NCBI RefSeq assembly: GCF_009834535.1
Contig: NC_045697.1
Span: 46,564,001 to 46,628,000, forward strand
Source of the DNA: Camelus ferus
Taxonomy: Eukaryota
Reading direction: 5' to 3'
DNA: 64,000 nt
Part shown: in pieces, positions 1 through 13,730 of the stretch
Layout of the letters: each line of letters starts with the position of its first letter
Numbering within the stretch: position 1 is the first letter of the stretch
Translations under genes and position numbers: made by a program
Notes under the pieces: model-generated
Database searches by the model: none
Told to the model about the DNA's origin: nothing
What the model saw: the letters and a program-made list of their open reading frames with translations, nothing else

Positions 1-133
1 CTCTTCCATCACTTCACATAATTGCCATTGCTTTTTTGTGCTGAGGACATTTCAAGATTCACTCTCTTAGCAACTGTAAGTATATAATACACTATTGTTA
101 ACTATAGTCATCCTGCTGTATATTAGAGCCTCC
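1..133 (-). mobile_element. L1 (L1MA9-like) 3' UTR fragment, cut by the window edge
   Basis: 'gaggacatttcaagattcactctcttagcaact...ttgttaactatagtcatcctgctgtatattaga' is the reverse-strand L1MA-type 3' UTR. The same motif occurs at about 63385-63465. Confidence 0.8.
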
Positions 134-794
134 TGGTTTCTATGTTGATGTGGCCTGAACATGTTCATTTATGCTGAAGGGTCAGGGCCAACTCAACCAT
201 AACTTTGCTAGCACTGGCCAGAGAGCTGGCTAGTAAGAAGGACAACAGTGACATTATCAAGTCTGAATTCTGTCAAAAGCTATAGTAGGGCCTTTTGCAT
301 ATGTTTTTTATTTAATGATCATAGTAACTCTATATGTAATACTACTGACATTTTATAGGTAAAGGAAAGAAGGATTCAGAGGTAAAAGAAGCAAAAAAAG
401 TTTGCATTTGGATATTGTTAGGGACTTCATACTTAGGTAACTGTAACAACTTACATTAGCATAGGGATTCTTGAGGATTTTATTTTTCTCCAAGGATGTT
501 CACATACACAATCTCATTTATCCTTACAACCATCCTGCAAGTTAGAAAAATTAATTATTTTAAATATTTAAATAATTTGATTAACACGTAATTAATAATT
601 AATATTTAAGTATTATAAATACTATAAATAATTGTATTGTCTCCATTATATATCCAGTGAAACTGAGACACTAGGAAGTTATATGTCCTGTCCAGAATTA
701 AGTGGTAATTAGAATTAATACTATATATATAAATCCTTATTCATCTTTGTGTCTTCAAACACTATACTGTCAAAGACATTTATAAAATAGGTAG

Positions 795-1050
795 CTTAGC
801 ACAATGGTTAAATGGTGTAACTTAATATTAGAAAGACCTATACTCAGATCCCTGCTTTGTCTTTTTCGACCTGTGTGACCTTGGAAAAGTTCTTTGACCT
901 TTACAAATTTTAGTTTTCTCAACTTTAAATGAGGAAAATAAAACAATACTTACATTGTGCTGTGGTTGTGAGGCTTCAAGGTGAGAAAATATATATTTTA
1001 CTTAGTGTAGCACTTTGTACAAAATAAGTAACCAGTAAATATTAGCTAAT
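795..1050 (+). mobile_element. MIR SINE
   Basis: Resembles the MIR core: 'ctgtgtgaccttggaaaagtt...tagttttctcaactttaaatgagg...ggttgtgagg', with tail 'taaatattagcta'. Confidence 0.75.
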
Positions 1051-2168
1051 ATTATAATTAATAATCAAAAATGTTAATCTTAATATTGGCATTATTATCA
1101 AATAAGAATGGGTTTTTGAAGGCTCCGTATTTTTAATAATTTAATAATTTTCCTTCAAAGGAAAGTAAAAGAAATTAAATATTTTCAAAGACTGTTTATT
1201 TGTAATTTGCATATCCTGTTGAATTTTAAAAATATTACCTCATTAAATTTTTATAATCAACTTGTAAGGTAGCTGTTATATCCATTTAACTGAAAAATTA
1301 TGGAATTTACTTAAAGTCTTTATATAGATGGTAACTCACAGTTAAAATATTCAAATACAAATCTGTACCAAACTAAGACATGTCAAGTTCTACACTAAAA
1401 ATATAATCTGATGTTTATTATGTGACCAAATAATCTAATATTGCTGAATGCACAGTTTGAATTATTTAAAAAGTAGAGGCAGTAATCTGAAGTATTTTCC
1501 CATGAACTTGTGTGAATATGAAGCAAATACAAAGGGAAGTAAGGGGAAGCAGCCCTGGGAAGACATGCCCTGATCAGCAAAATCACTAATACAGATTTTT
1601 TTCAGCATTTTACTTATAAATACTGTCCTCCTCCAAAATTCCTCCAATTCAAAAGTCTCTAGAAACTGCCTAATTCCCTCAAATTGAACAGGGAGGTATC
1701 TACCATGCATATAAGACAACTCTGATAGTTTTGTTAAGCCTCTGTCATGATTTAAATTCTTTAAAGCTTTTGCAGGTTTAGGACCTGCATCTAGAAAGTG
1801 AAAATGAGACAAATATCAAATATTTTGATTTTTTGATAATGGGGTCCAATTACCCAAAGATAACAAATGGAACATTGACAATGGGATTTTCATCCCAATC
1901 ATCTAGGGTTATATGGATAATCTTATGGGAATCATGAGCTTACAGTTTAGAAGAACAAATCTCTCTATTCAGCCATACCAAGAGCAGCTCACTCTATAAA
2001 TAAAAGTCCTCAAAGTAATCCATTGGAATTAAAAATTAAAATATTGAAAGACATCATTAATTTTAAAAATATATCTTAAAAAATTTTTAAGGATACATAG
2101 CAATCCCTTTGACATGAGACTCATATAGAAGAGTCATAATAGCTTCTCCAAGGATCTGAGGTTGACTT

Positions 2169-2635
2169 TATTCACTCATTTAACAAATGTTTATTGAGCA
2201 TCAATAAATGCCAGGCATCGTTATAGATGCTAGTTTACAGTAATGAACAAAATAGGCCAAGTTCCTGCTCTTATGGAACTTAAAGTTTAGTGGGAAAAAC
2301 AGTAAACCAGTAAGTCAATAAAGGTATAACATCCAACATTGTCATAAGGGCCAAGAGGGAAAATAAAGCTAGATAAAGGGCTGGGGAGTGGTGAATTCTG
2401 GAAGAGGAGTAGTTAATATTTTACAATGTGGGGCAAGAAAGGAATCTCTGATGAAGAGACATTTGAACAGAAACATGAAAGAAGTGAGGGAGGGAAGCAT
2501 ACTGAAATCAGGGAGAAGAGCAAGAAAACTGGTGAGGAAAGCAAGTGCAAAGGCCCTGAGACGGTAGTGTGCTTGGTGTATCCAAACCACAGCAAGGCCA
2601 AAGTGACTGGAATAGAGTATAAGATGAAAGGATTA
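2169..2635 (-). mobile_element. L2 LINE 3' fragment
   Basis: Typical L2 3' end 'ttcactcatttaacaaatgtttattgagca...tgccaggca...cctgctcttatggaactta', then 'gcaagtgcaaaggccctgag'. Confidence 0.85.
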
Positions 2636-5600
2636 GAAAATATGCTTTTTAAAAGACACCCAGCTTTAAAATATATAATTATCTACTGGTCTCCTTATGC
2701 AATGAAAGAATGAATCCAAAAGGGGAAGACATTTCAGATCTTTACTCCTAGGAAGCCTTGCTTCCATCACTGCTGTGTCTGTCATGAGGGAGTCTGAACT
2801 AGTGATGAAAGGCTGGCCAGCCTAACTAGTTATCTGGCTCTTAATTGGCAAGCAATTATAGATGCATTTTAGCTACATGGCTGCAATTTAAATATTTTTA
2901 CAATTTTACACAATAATCCTGAATGCTTATACATTTCATGAATGAGACCTTATGCTTCAATTGTATGTGGCAGAAAAATTGTCATAGAGAAAAAAATTCA
3001 TCTTCAGAAGCTTTAAAACAGTACAAATTCATCCTTGAGGTAGTTCATAGTCTATTCATATAGTTTTAAAGATGTATTTCAACTCTCCACTGATTATTTC
3101 TGTCAATAGCCAACTCTTTCTAAAACTTGTAAAACATTGAGTAAAACATTATCTCAATTGACCACCCATTAATGATGATGTGTCTTCTTCCTAATTCACG
3201 GGAGAGGTTTTTGTTTTCATAAATTAAGAAAGTTTGCAAGTTATAAATTCACTGATGTGATAATATTTCTTGCTTTCATGGCTTGATAATTCAAGTATCA
3301 GAGTACTTTGAAAAACATTATGTACTGGGTCTTTTCTTGCTAAGAAAAAAAAATGACGATTTTGGAAAGAATGGAACTTGGCAATATTTTCTTGTTTTCT
3401 TAGATGGTTTCCTTATTACCAGAATCTATATGCATACATTTTATTAATAAATAAATCATTGTTTCAACTGCCAAATTATTGTACATTTTTTAAAAAATGC
3501 TGATTGTGCTACAGGAATAGTGAAAAACACTTAACAGTCATGGGTCAATTTATCACAGTATAAGCGTCTTTTTGACCATGAGGTGACTACTTGTCTGCTC
3601 AATTCTGACCACCTGCCTTATGAGAGAATGAAAGGCACCAGCAAAAAACAGATCAGATGGCAGAATTTGGGAAAAAGCCAGTTTGCAGAATGTGAGATTC
3701 TACTGAATATATTATCAAAAGGTCCCATATTGAACTTTTTTGAGCACATAGCAGAGATGGTTGTGGTAATTAACTGCTGTAATTTCGTTCAAGTTTAACC
3801 ACTGGTCATTATTTCAGTGAGATTGTGTAAACCTCTTTCTTAGGTTAGTGAGATTCTTACTTGAGTTTATTCAGGAATTCCAAAAAATGCAGACATCAGA
3901 AACTCAGAATTTGATTAGGAAGAGTTTTCCACAGGTGTTAGGGTAAAAATCACGAAGTACTTTAAATCCATTGATGCCAGTCAACCCAAACCCTACTGGT
4001 CAGGTCCCCTCAGTGTGAATTTTTATAGGATCTCATAAAATACGAACTTTGCTTAAACTCATATTCTTCAGAACCAAATTTTAAGAGCTGTAGGGGACTC
4101 AACTGGACTTCAGTTTTTATAAAAAGTTTTCTTAGCTGAAAACTACTAGATTATTTCTGGAAAAGGTAAAGAACTTAGCTTCCAATTTGTTTAAATGGAG
4201 TTGAAAGAAAGGGGAATTTTTTTTTTTGACATTCATTAGAAATCTAAATGTACCAAGGAGGGTTGTAAAATACATTTTATTGAAACTCATTTAGATTAGA
4301 AGCAGAGGAACATCTGTAACTACTCTGAAGGGGACTCTGGAAGAACTTTTTACGAGTAAACTGGGATGGTTGCTTTTAATTATTTGAGTGTATAGATTAT
4401 TCAGTAATGTGTGTAAAGAGCTATTTAGCTACCACAGCCAGGCCATGTCACTGAAATACAAGAGGACTTTTTTTCAGTTCACTTGGCTTGTGCTCTGAAA
4501 TTTAAAATATCTTGAAAGTAACTGAAGCAAGTGAAAGTGTGACCTGTTTGCCGCAGTGACTTACTGTGAAATTCCTTCGGGGATTTACTTTCCTGTGTAT
4601 CATTTCACAAGACCCGAGCTAAATTGTTTTGTTTTACATAGGATTCAAAAGCATAGTACTTTTTCTTAAGAACTACTCATATGTAACATTGTTTGGGAAG
4701 TCTGCAGGGGTTTCCAAGGTTAAAGTTTGGCTTTAATTCTTAAAAACATTTAAACTAAAGTTCCATTCGGTATTTTGTTTTTGAAGAAGCCAATATCATA
4801 TGATTCCAACCTTAAAAAATAAAATGTTGTCTTCAGCCCCTAAGCTGTTACAACACTGCAGAGGGTGAGGGTCACTAAACATCTAGGAACACAGCTCTGT
4901 GTTTGGTTAGGAAAGGTGGCTAGCCCACAACTTCCTTTCCCATCAGTCCCTATTTGATAGGGAACAGATTTACTGAATAGAAGGTCATCATATTTTACCT
5001 TTTTTTCATAATCAAACATGCAAAGGGAACATAGATAATGACACACAGCTTTAACGGCATTTCAAATGCAGTTTATTTTATAGGACGCATCTTAATGAGG
5101 AAGAATCATTCCAGAATTTCTGCTAAATACAAAGCATCAACATTGCGAAGAGTGTTATTAGGATAAAAGGAGTTTTTCCAAAATAAAAGATTTTTTTTCA
5201 TAAATTAGGTATAAACAATAAACAGGAACCATGACTTAAGTCACAAGACCACATTGGTAAAATAGCATTAAAAATCTCTGCAAACAAAGCCACTATCTTT
5301 GGATAGCTTTTTTTTTTTTAACCCACTTAACTTGAGAGTAACTTAACTTTCATGGAAATTCACTACACTATGTCTTTTGACCACTCTGGTTTGTGCTACA
5401 ATTAGAGAAGATGAATTTTCAGAAGAACAAGCTTTAAATTGGTCACTCTGGCACAACAGATTTTATTGCGGATGCCTACGTGCTCTTCAGAAAGACACTT
5501 CTCGACTCCCTGGGAAGAAAGCATATGACTGAATTTCAGTAGTTCAGTTTTTACATTAAAATATGGCCAGTGAGGGGTTCCAATCTGTCAGGGAAAAGTG

Positions 5601-6002
5601 GCCATGCGGCCAGAGTTATCATTTTACTTCGGGGGTCTTGTGTTTGCCAAGTGGTCAGCCAGCTGTCCAGGCTTTTAAAATGAGGAAACTGAAAAATCTG
5701 AGATGTAAATTGCACTGACACATTTAATATTCATTAAACCTGAAGGATTTTTAATAAAATTAAAAGAGAATTGCTGTTTTGAAGTCTGAAGTTTTAATAA
5801 CTATGCCCTTAAATTTCACATAAACAGGTAGGAAATCAAAACTCACACAGCTGTGAGCCTTGTTTCACAGTGCAGAGAACAGGCATGAAGGCTGATAGGT
5901 CTGATTTCAATTTGCTCCTGATGTTTAGTAGTTATATAAACAACTCCCTGAGCCTCACTTCTACTGTCCGTAAAATGGGAAGAAAACAATAAACCTGAAC
6001 TG

Positions 6003-6147
6003 GAAAAAAAAAGGTGTAACCATCTGTGCTAATGGATGTTAATTAAATTTATTGTGGTAATCATTTTGCAATATATACATGTATCAAAATCATTGTTGTA
6101 CACCTAAAATTAATATAATGTTACACGTCGATTATACATCAATAAAA
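6003..6147 (+). mobile_element. L1MA9-like extreme 3' end
   Basis: 'gatgttaattaaatttattgtggtaatcattttgcaatatatacatgtatcaaaatca...tacacctaaa...caataaaa' matches the L1 terminus also seen at about 18090-18210. Confidence 0.8.
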
Positions 6148-8042
6148 GACAACTATCAAAGAAAACAAACAAATGTGTTTTGATAGACAGTAATATATTT
6201 AAAACACCTGCCAGACAGAAGACAAATTACAGTAAACTATTTAAATGCACCTTGAAGGAATGGCACTTAGAGGCTGTGATTTGAAAATAGATTGCTAATT
6301 ACTTATTGGCATATACCAAAAAGGGTCTTAATTTCAGAATATGTGTAAAGAATCAATGCAAAACATTGATAGGGAAAATTACGAAGAGCATGTCTTTTCA
6401 TCTGAGTAAGGAGGTTTGAAGTTAAGCCTTAGGAGTAATGGCTGCAAACCAAAGAGATTTTCTTGATAATAAGGTTGGATTTGTCTTGCCTACTTTCTTG
6501 GGGGAGCCATGGGGAAGGCTGCAGGGGAAAGCGCCAGCCAGTCACGTTTGCATGAGATAATAATCAGTCGTGAGCTCAGTGTGTGATTCTCGTTAAATTC
6601 CAGACATTGGAACAGCTCCTGAAATGCACTGCCACCACCACCACTACCAATCTCTTTTGCATCTCATTGGCATTTGAGGACGTTAATTGACTCATTACTG
6701 CAATTCATATTCAGGAAAGGAAGTTGATTAAGGAAGGCAGATGCAGAATCTCCAGACACATTCATAGCTGCGTTGTTTGTCCCGGCAGTTTACTTGAGTT
6801 ATTAGAATATTTAGGAAGCGATAGCCAGAGGGACAGGGAACATGTCCCACTAAGTGTCACCCTCAGAGAATAGATTTTTACTAAAAACAATATAATTTTT
6901 GAATAACCTTTTTCTACCTTAACATCTAAATAGCAAAGTTATTTTCTTAGCTCTTTTATACTAATTATAGCCACTCTTTGATTTTAATTGCTTTTCTGGA
7001 AAATTGGTTTTAGATATTTGTATCAAAAATATTTTTTAAAAGTTAATAAAAAATATCTCTAGCTCTATTAGGTTGAAGAACATTTAAATACTAAATAAAA
7101 TTAATAAAATTTTATAAACAGCTGCAATTCTCAATTTTGCAATTCTCAATTTTGATTAAGTAAGCTGGGACAAATTTATAGATCAAATGTATTTCATTAT
7201 TCATTTGAGTGGCTGTTTCCTTTTGTTACTTTGCTGATCTTTAAATAATTGGACTAGTTTCCATTTTATGTCTAATACTGCATTAAGATAGTTATATACA
7301 TATACATATATGCTTGTTGGATGAGAGCTTTCTATTTTTTATACTTGGAGTCACCAGTATTTTGATCTGAGTCTGAGAAATATTCTCAATTGATTCTCAG
7401 TAATTTGGCAAATACTTTCACAAGTAAATTACTATATAATTCTGAGATCAGCTTAACACAAATTGTATAATTCATTGGTTGCTTTTTATATTGAATTACC
7501 TTTATAACCATTAATTTTGAGAAAGTTATTTTTTTTCTTTATTTTTTTGTTATCTCATGGAGCATTCCTACTTTCTTCTCTTACTTTAAATTTAAAAATA
7601 TTGTTCAGACCTTACAATGAATGGTTCTATTACCTAAAGGAAGCAGAAATTGATCTATAAAAATTTTGCCCAAAACAACTCATCCTACAAAAATCTTGTT
7701 TGGTATTAATCACAGTCATCTTTGTCATTTAACGTCTTTCCTTTCCCAACTAGCTATTGCTCAGAATTAGCTAATTTTATCTTCTTTACTTGTTCTGTAT
7801 CAATTAGCCTGAAAGCATAAAAACATGTGTACAGTTAAAGTTTTTTCTTACACATATATGGATGTACATGAAACAGAAATGAGAAGTGAAGCTCAATAGA
7901 TCTCCTTTAAACATTGCCCCAATTATTTTTCTCCACTAATTAATTTATCTTGACTCCACAGCAAATAAATCAAGGCTCACTTTCTTCATATATTATTAAT
8001 TTTAAGTGTTAATAACATTTCAAAGTATTGTTCTACAAAACT

Positions 8043-9180
8043 TCAATTCAATAAAAATTTAATAAGCAATTATTGTATGTGTGTCTGGTATTTAGGGGTG
8101 GGGCAGTGGTCATAGATTATTAATGCATCATCTCCACTGTCCAAGGGCTTCCACCCAGTGGGGGGAGGAGGGAGCACATCCAAATTTCCATGTAATAATA
8201 CGAAGCATCATACAGATATTTCAACTGAAGAGTAAGCAACGTTAAATGAGAACTCCAAGAAATGAACAAATGACTGATAGTCATTTTTTAGAATCTAAAA
8301 GGAAGATCCAGGAATGACTTGTGCCTGAATTTGATTACAAGGAAAAAGAGAGTCATCCTAGGCAGGTGAAACACCCTAAACAAAGGCATGGAGATAGTCA
8401 TGCTCTGGGAAGAGTAAGTAGTTCTGAAATTACTGCAGCCTAGAGTGACTGAAAGTGAACCAAGAGAAGAGGCTAAAAGCTAAGCAGAATTCAGACTGCG
8501 GAGAGCTTTGAAAGGCACATTCGGAGTCTGCACTTCATTCTACAGATGACGCAGAGCTGGGCAGGTTCTGGCAGGGCCACACTGGACGCAGAGTGTGGTG
8601 ACAGGAGGTTGCTTGAGCAGACTGTATTCCAGAGAGCTAACCCTGTTATCAAGAGGTTTGATACACTATGGTAGGAAAGGCTTGGAGATGAGATGTTGGG
8701 GAAAACTATTAGAAGGCGATGACCCAAGTCCAAAGAAGTTAATCACCAGCCCCAAAGAAGCAGCAGTGGGCAGAGGAAAGTGGAGTGCATGTGTTTGCAG
8801 GCATGGAGATGTAGAACTCTCTGCAGCAGGGAACGAGGTGTCAAGTGGGAGTGGAGGATGGCTGCGGAAAAGGGAGAGGAACAAAATGATGGTAACTGCA
8901 GCACTCTTAGCAGGATTATTGGCTTTATGATTGATATGAGCGGGGGAAGAAGGGGACAGAAGAGAACATCTTGATGAGGAAATATCCAGCAGGATATTGT
9001 AAACGTGGGTCAGAAGATCAGGGTCAGGGCTAGAAATTTAAATGTCTCTCAAACAGAAATGGGAATTGAATGAAAGCACTTGTGAAGGTGATCATACAAT
9101 GAATAGAAGCTGGAAGATGAACTTTGCAAACACCTGTGGGAATGCAAGGGCTTGATGGAAGGAAAGGGGTCAGCAAAGAG
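8043..9180 (-). mobile_element. L2 LINE, degraded
   Basis: Starts 'ttcaattcaataaaaatttaataagc'. Purine-rich L2-like body including 'caaaggcatggaga' and 'ggagtctgcacttcattcta'. Explains the ORFs at 8491-8974. Confidence 0.65.
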
Positions 9181-10221
9181 TCTTCCTGCTGTCATAAAAC
9201 TTTAGTTAATGAAGACGCAGAAAACATGGCAAGCCTAAAGTCCAAGTGGCATGAAAAAACAGACTAGAGAGACACAATTATGGGCAAGGCAAAGGCAAAA
9301 GGTTCATTTTTAATTCAATCATTGGTTCATTTCTTCAATTACTCAACATTTACTGAGTACCTCTATGAGCCAGGCATTGCACTAGGTCTCAAAATATATA
9401 TGGTAGCCTTAAAGTTCCAGACTGTGCTTAGTAATCTCATGCAATCCCTTATTGATTTTTCCCTCCCTCACATTTCCAGATTAAGGATTAATACCTATTA
9501 AGCTTTTCCCTCCTTGTATAAATATAATTATCATTAAAATATGACTGTAATAAAAATAGTTCTTCATATTTCAAGAATGCTTTTATACATATTTGTTCAT
9601 TTAATCCTCCCTGCAATCTCATGAAATAGAAAAGTCAAGCATTGTTATCTGTATTTTATATGTGAAGAGTGAAATTACCAAACAGGGTCTTGTGTGCAGT
9701 AATTACTCAATAAATATTTATTTGAATCAATCCTACACACAGGTTGTTGCTAAAAATTTCCCAAAGAACCAGCTTATAATTTTACACTTAAGCGTCTCCC
9801 CTCACACAAAAAAAGACTACTTAAACAAAGTCAGGTATCTACATTTTTTGTCAAACCAAAACATTCTCTTCTCATCATCACTAAATAACCCCTAACTATA
9901 TGTGCCCTAGCTCCAATTCTGATGTTATACCCCGGTGACGTCCCTTCCAGTCTCAGAACCCTATCCCTATGGAATAAAACTGTCTCCTCAGTTGTTCTCT
10001 CACTGCCTTTAGCTTTCATTTTTCCCTGTTCCTAGAGAAAATTTATATACTGGAGGTTTTGGATTCTAGTTACGTCCAACAAATTTCACAGTATTTTCTT
10101 CCGGATTTAAAAACATTTTTTTTTTAAATCCCACAATGATACTTTCTGAAGGACATTAATTTGCTAAAATTGTCTAAGAGGTTCATATTAAAGTAAATAC
10201 CCGATGTCAACCCTGTGTTAA

Positions 10222-10440
10222 AGGGTGGAGAAGGATACATTAGAGGTCGGGGATTAACAGACACACATTACTGTACATAAAATAGACAACAAGGACCTAC
10301 TGTATGGCACGGGAAATTATATTCAATATCTTATAATAACATATAATGGAAAAGAATCTGAAAAGAAAAAAATGTTTGTATATGTATATCTGAAACCAAC
10401 ATTGTAAATCAACTACATTTCAATACAAAATTTTTTAAAA
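10222..10440 (+). mobile_element. Cetartiodactyl-type L1 3' end (L1_Art-like), strongly 5'-truncated
   Basis: 'gggattaacagacacacattactgtacataaaatagacaacaaggacctactgtatggcacgggaaattatattcaatatctt...aacattgtaaatcaactac' matches the artiodactyl L1 3' UTR as I recall it. Confidence 0.85.
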
Positions 10441-11783
10441 CAGGGCTCACATTATATTCCCAAAGCAGGTTTAAAGAATAATTACATCAATTATAATAGC
10501 ATCAACCAATTGGTAAAGGCCTTCCTGAAATACTGGGTGAAGATTTTAGTGAGAAAAAGTGCCATGAGTGATGATCACAGACACAGGGAGGCGGGTAAAA
10601 CGTGTGCCGAGTATCTCACCATCTTGTTCTAAGTGCAACTTAAATCAGACTATGCTGGGGTCAGATTATGAGATTTCCAGAGTGAGTAGTGTGATGCTCA
10701 GCTCTCTTAAAAACAAGGTCAGGCCTAGGGATAATGTTCCCTTGAGTGAGGAATGTAACCTTTTACCAAGAAATCTGGCATGTGGTTCTGAAGATGGCAG
10801 TCAATGAAACACAGAAGTAGAAAACTGTTTTAGTCAATTCCTGATTGCATGTTTGCAAATACTTTTAACCTAAGTCTCAGTGTTTTCTGCACTAACCAGC
10901 TGACATTTATTGCAGAGGGAAATGATGGGAAATTGAATGCAAATGAAAACTAAGCGATTGCTTTGAATTTGTGAAATGAATTCCTCTCCAGAGGACCTAT
11001 GGAGCTAATGGCAATGGGTGTTAGAAATATAAATTCCCAGGCATCAGCATAAACAGAGACAACTAAACATGATTGGTTATGATAATAGAACTCTCTAGAG
11101 GGCTTCACGCACATGGACACCTCCAAATGTTATTTTGTTTGTTAAGTTTTTCTAGCATTGAACATCTCTGAAGCCTGTTTTATCTTTTTCTTAAAATGAG
11201 TTGCTGTCCCAGACACTTGATCATTCCCTCCAGAGCCAGAGTTGCCTTCAATTTAGTGACTTACTCAAGGTCACTGAACATGAGGGGCAGAGTAGAGGAT
11301 ATTTCAAAAGCTTCTGAGTTCCAGACTGCTGCTTACCCACTGAACCTCACAGCGGAAAATGTAGGAAACCTGCAGATCTATTTGTCTACATATTTTCTTT
11401 GGCTGAAATTGTGCATTTATAAATGACACCTGCACTCATGTCACGGTTCCTTCACTTCAAAGCAGTTACAAAGAATTTAATTCAACCTCAGGCAATTTAT
11501 GTTTTTAAATCATTCTGGGATTATATAACTTGACAGAGAAAGATCCGTAGACTCCATGGTGCAAAATGCAGCAAGAAGTCGTTTGAAAGTGAGAATGATA
11601 ATGAAGGATATCAGGTATTCTAACAGGTTTTGATGAAACTGAGTGGTGAGTCATGGAAACTGTCCATATTGTCCTAATATGACTACTTCATCTAATATTT
11701 CAGATCTGTTTGCTTTCTGTAATACTTATTTTCACTCCCTTTATCCCCTGTACCAGAAACAGCACACCTACAACCAGTTAACC

Positions 11784-12235
11784 TGCATCAGAGCCCAATC
11801 AGGAAAACAGGAGCCACCGTAGCTGTCTCTAATAAAGATATTTAGTTCAAGGTTACATAGGGAGATCTGGAAGTCAAACAGGAGACAGTGAGACAAACCA
11901 AAAATCAGCAACAACAGAAAGTACCATCCCTGGAGCTGGAGGAACAAAAAGAGGTGGTGTTTGCAGAACCCAGAAGCCAGGGCCATTCAGGGCAAAAACC
12001 ATGTGAAGAGTTCCCCATGGCAGCTGGAACCACAGTGAGCACCTGGAGGAGGCCAGCCGCTTGTGGAAACGCCCAGGGAGACAGGGCCAGGGGTTGCTCT
12101 GACCTCCCTTTCTCCCCTCCACTCTTCTATTAGGGCTTTGATTTGCAAGAAAACAAGAGAATCTAGAAGATAGAGTTTCCTGAAATGCAGAACAAGGGGA
12201 TGGAAAAGGAATCAGAGCAAACGAGTAGTGGATCA
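11784..12235 (-). mobile_element. ERVL solo LTR, LTR33-like
   Basis: 'atcagagcccaatcaggaaaacaggagccac...ccatccctggagctggaggaacaaaaagagg...agaacccagaagc' resembles LTR33. Explains the ORFs at 11768-12133. Confidence 0.65.
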
Positions 12236-13487
12236 GCTAATTACCTCTTAAGGGATTCTGCTATTAAGAGCATTTGCGAGGAGGGGTATCCGGTGACATT
12301 GGAAGCAAGGGTGAGGGGTAACACGAGTTTAGTGGAACAGATGTTTTTACCATAAACAAGCAGCTTCCCTTCCTGGATCCTAGCCTCTCAGCATCTATCA
12401 AATTATTTTCATTATTTTGAGAATATGGTGGCTCTTTCTGTATGCAGATACAAAAAAATCTTGAGTATTATTTCAAAGGATTTCCTCCACTTTGCCCAAA
12501 GCCTGATGATGGATCTCTAGGGGAAAAATACTCCCGCTCCGTTCATACTAAATTCTTTTTTGCTCTTTGCTAAACTTTTTATACCTTTCTGAGGATCACA
12601 AAGATCTCTAAGCAAAAGTTAATGTGATAGGACTTCAAATACAGAACACAGAAAAATTGCATGCCAAATACTGTGTTCATGTGTAATTTTTAAGGGAATG
12701 TTCAACACCCCCCCACCAAATATTTACAGACAATGTCCTAACATTCCCCAAGGGATGTTAAATGTATATATGTGGTATGCAAGACCATTTTAGGTTGACA
12801 GATTACACAAATATGAATAGTAGGATTATACCAAAAGCAGGAAATTCTTATAAGAAGCAATCTCCAATTTCCCTTTTATAAAAGTCTCTTTGGAATGTGC
12901 CACACTGGTTCTTCAGGAGCGGAAATCATACCTTTCTTGGCTTCTGTACTGAATTATGTAGTGGTCTTTATAAGCAAGAAGAGAAACTTCCAGATGAGGA
13001 TTCTTTTTCTGCAAAGAAACAGTGAGCAGCCTGTGCTCTGTTTATTCTAAGTTATGATTGTACATATCAAATTTTATCAATAAAAGCAATATTCTAAACT
13101 ACAACTGTAATCACTACCACTAAAGATTTATCATAACGTCTTAAAACGTCAGGTCCAGAGGATCTCAGAACTTGTCCATTCCAATGATTTATTTTATCAA
13201 GGGGGAAACTGAGACCTTATATGAGAATACGACTTGCCTCCTAATGGTCACTTCCATCCATCACAGTCCCAGTTTCTGGCATCTGTACTTTCAAGGTGCT
13301 AAGCTATCATTTTACCTTTCTAATAGGGTGACTTTACAATTCATGAGGATTTTCAATTTTCTATTGAACTTTTTGATTGAAGCTAGCAATTGAGCAAGTC
13401 CATAAACAATGAGAATAAATATTCATCAGTGCCTTGCCCTTTTTCTCTTTGTACGGGCAAACAGTAAAGATTGTCGGCTCTTGGGAA

Positions 13488-13730
13488 AGACTGCTTGCTT
13501 GGTTTCAAACTCTGAGTCACGAGGCCCAAATGCGACCAAAGATGGACAGCTGGCAACTGCCCTGCTTCTCTAGACCTCACTGTCTTTATCTGTAAAATGA
13601 GGACAACCAGAGCACCTGCTTCATGAGGTTGTAAGGAGAAATAAATGAGCAGAAACGCATGGAAAGGACTAGGACCTATACACTATACACATAATGTGTT
13701 CTGTTAATAAATGCCAGTTGCTGTTAGTAT
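13488..13730 (+). mobile_element. MIR SINE
   Basis: 'ctttatctgtaaaatgagga...acctgcttcatgaggttgtaaggagaaataaatgag...aataaatgccagttg'. Confidence 0.75.
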
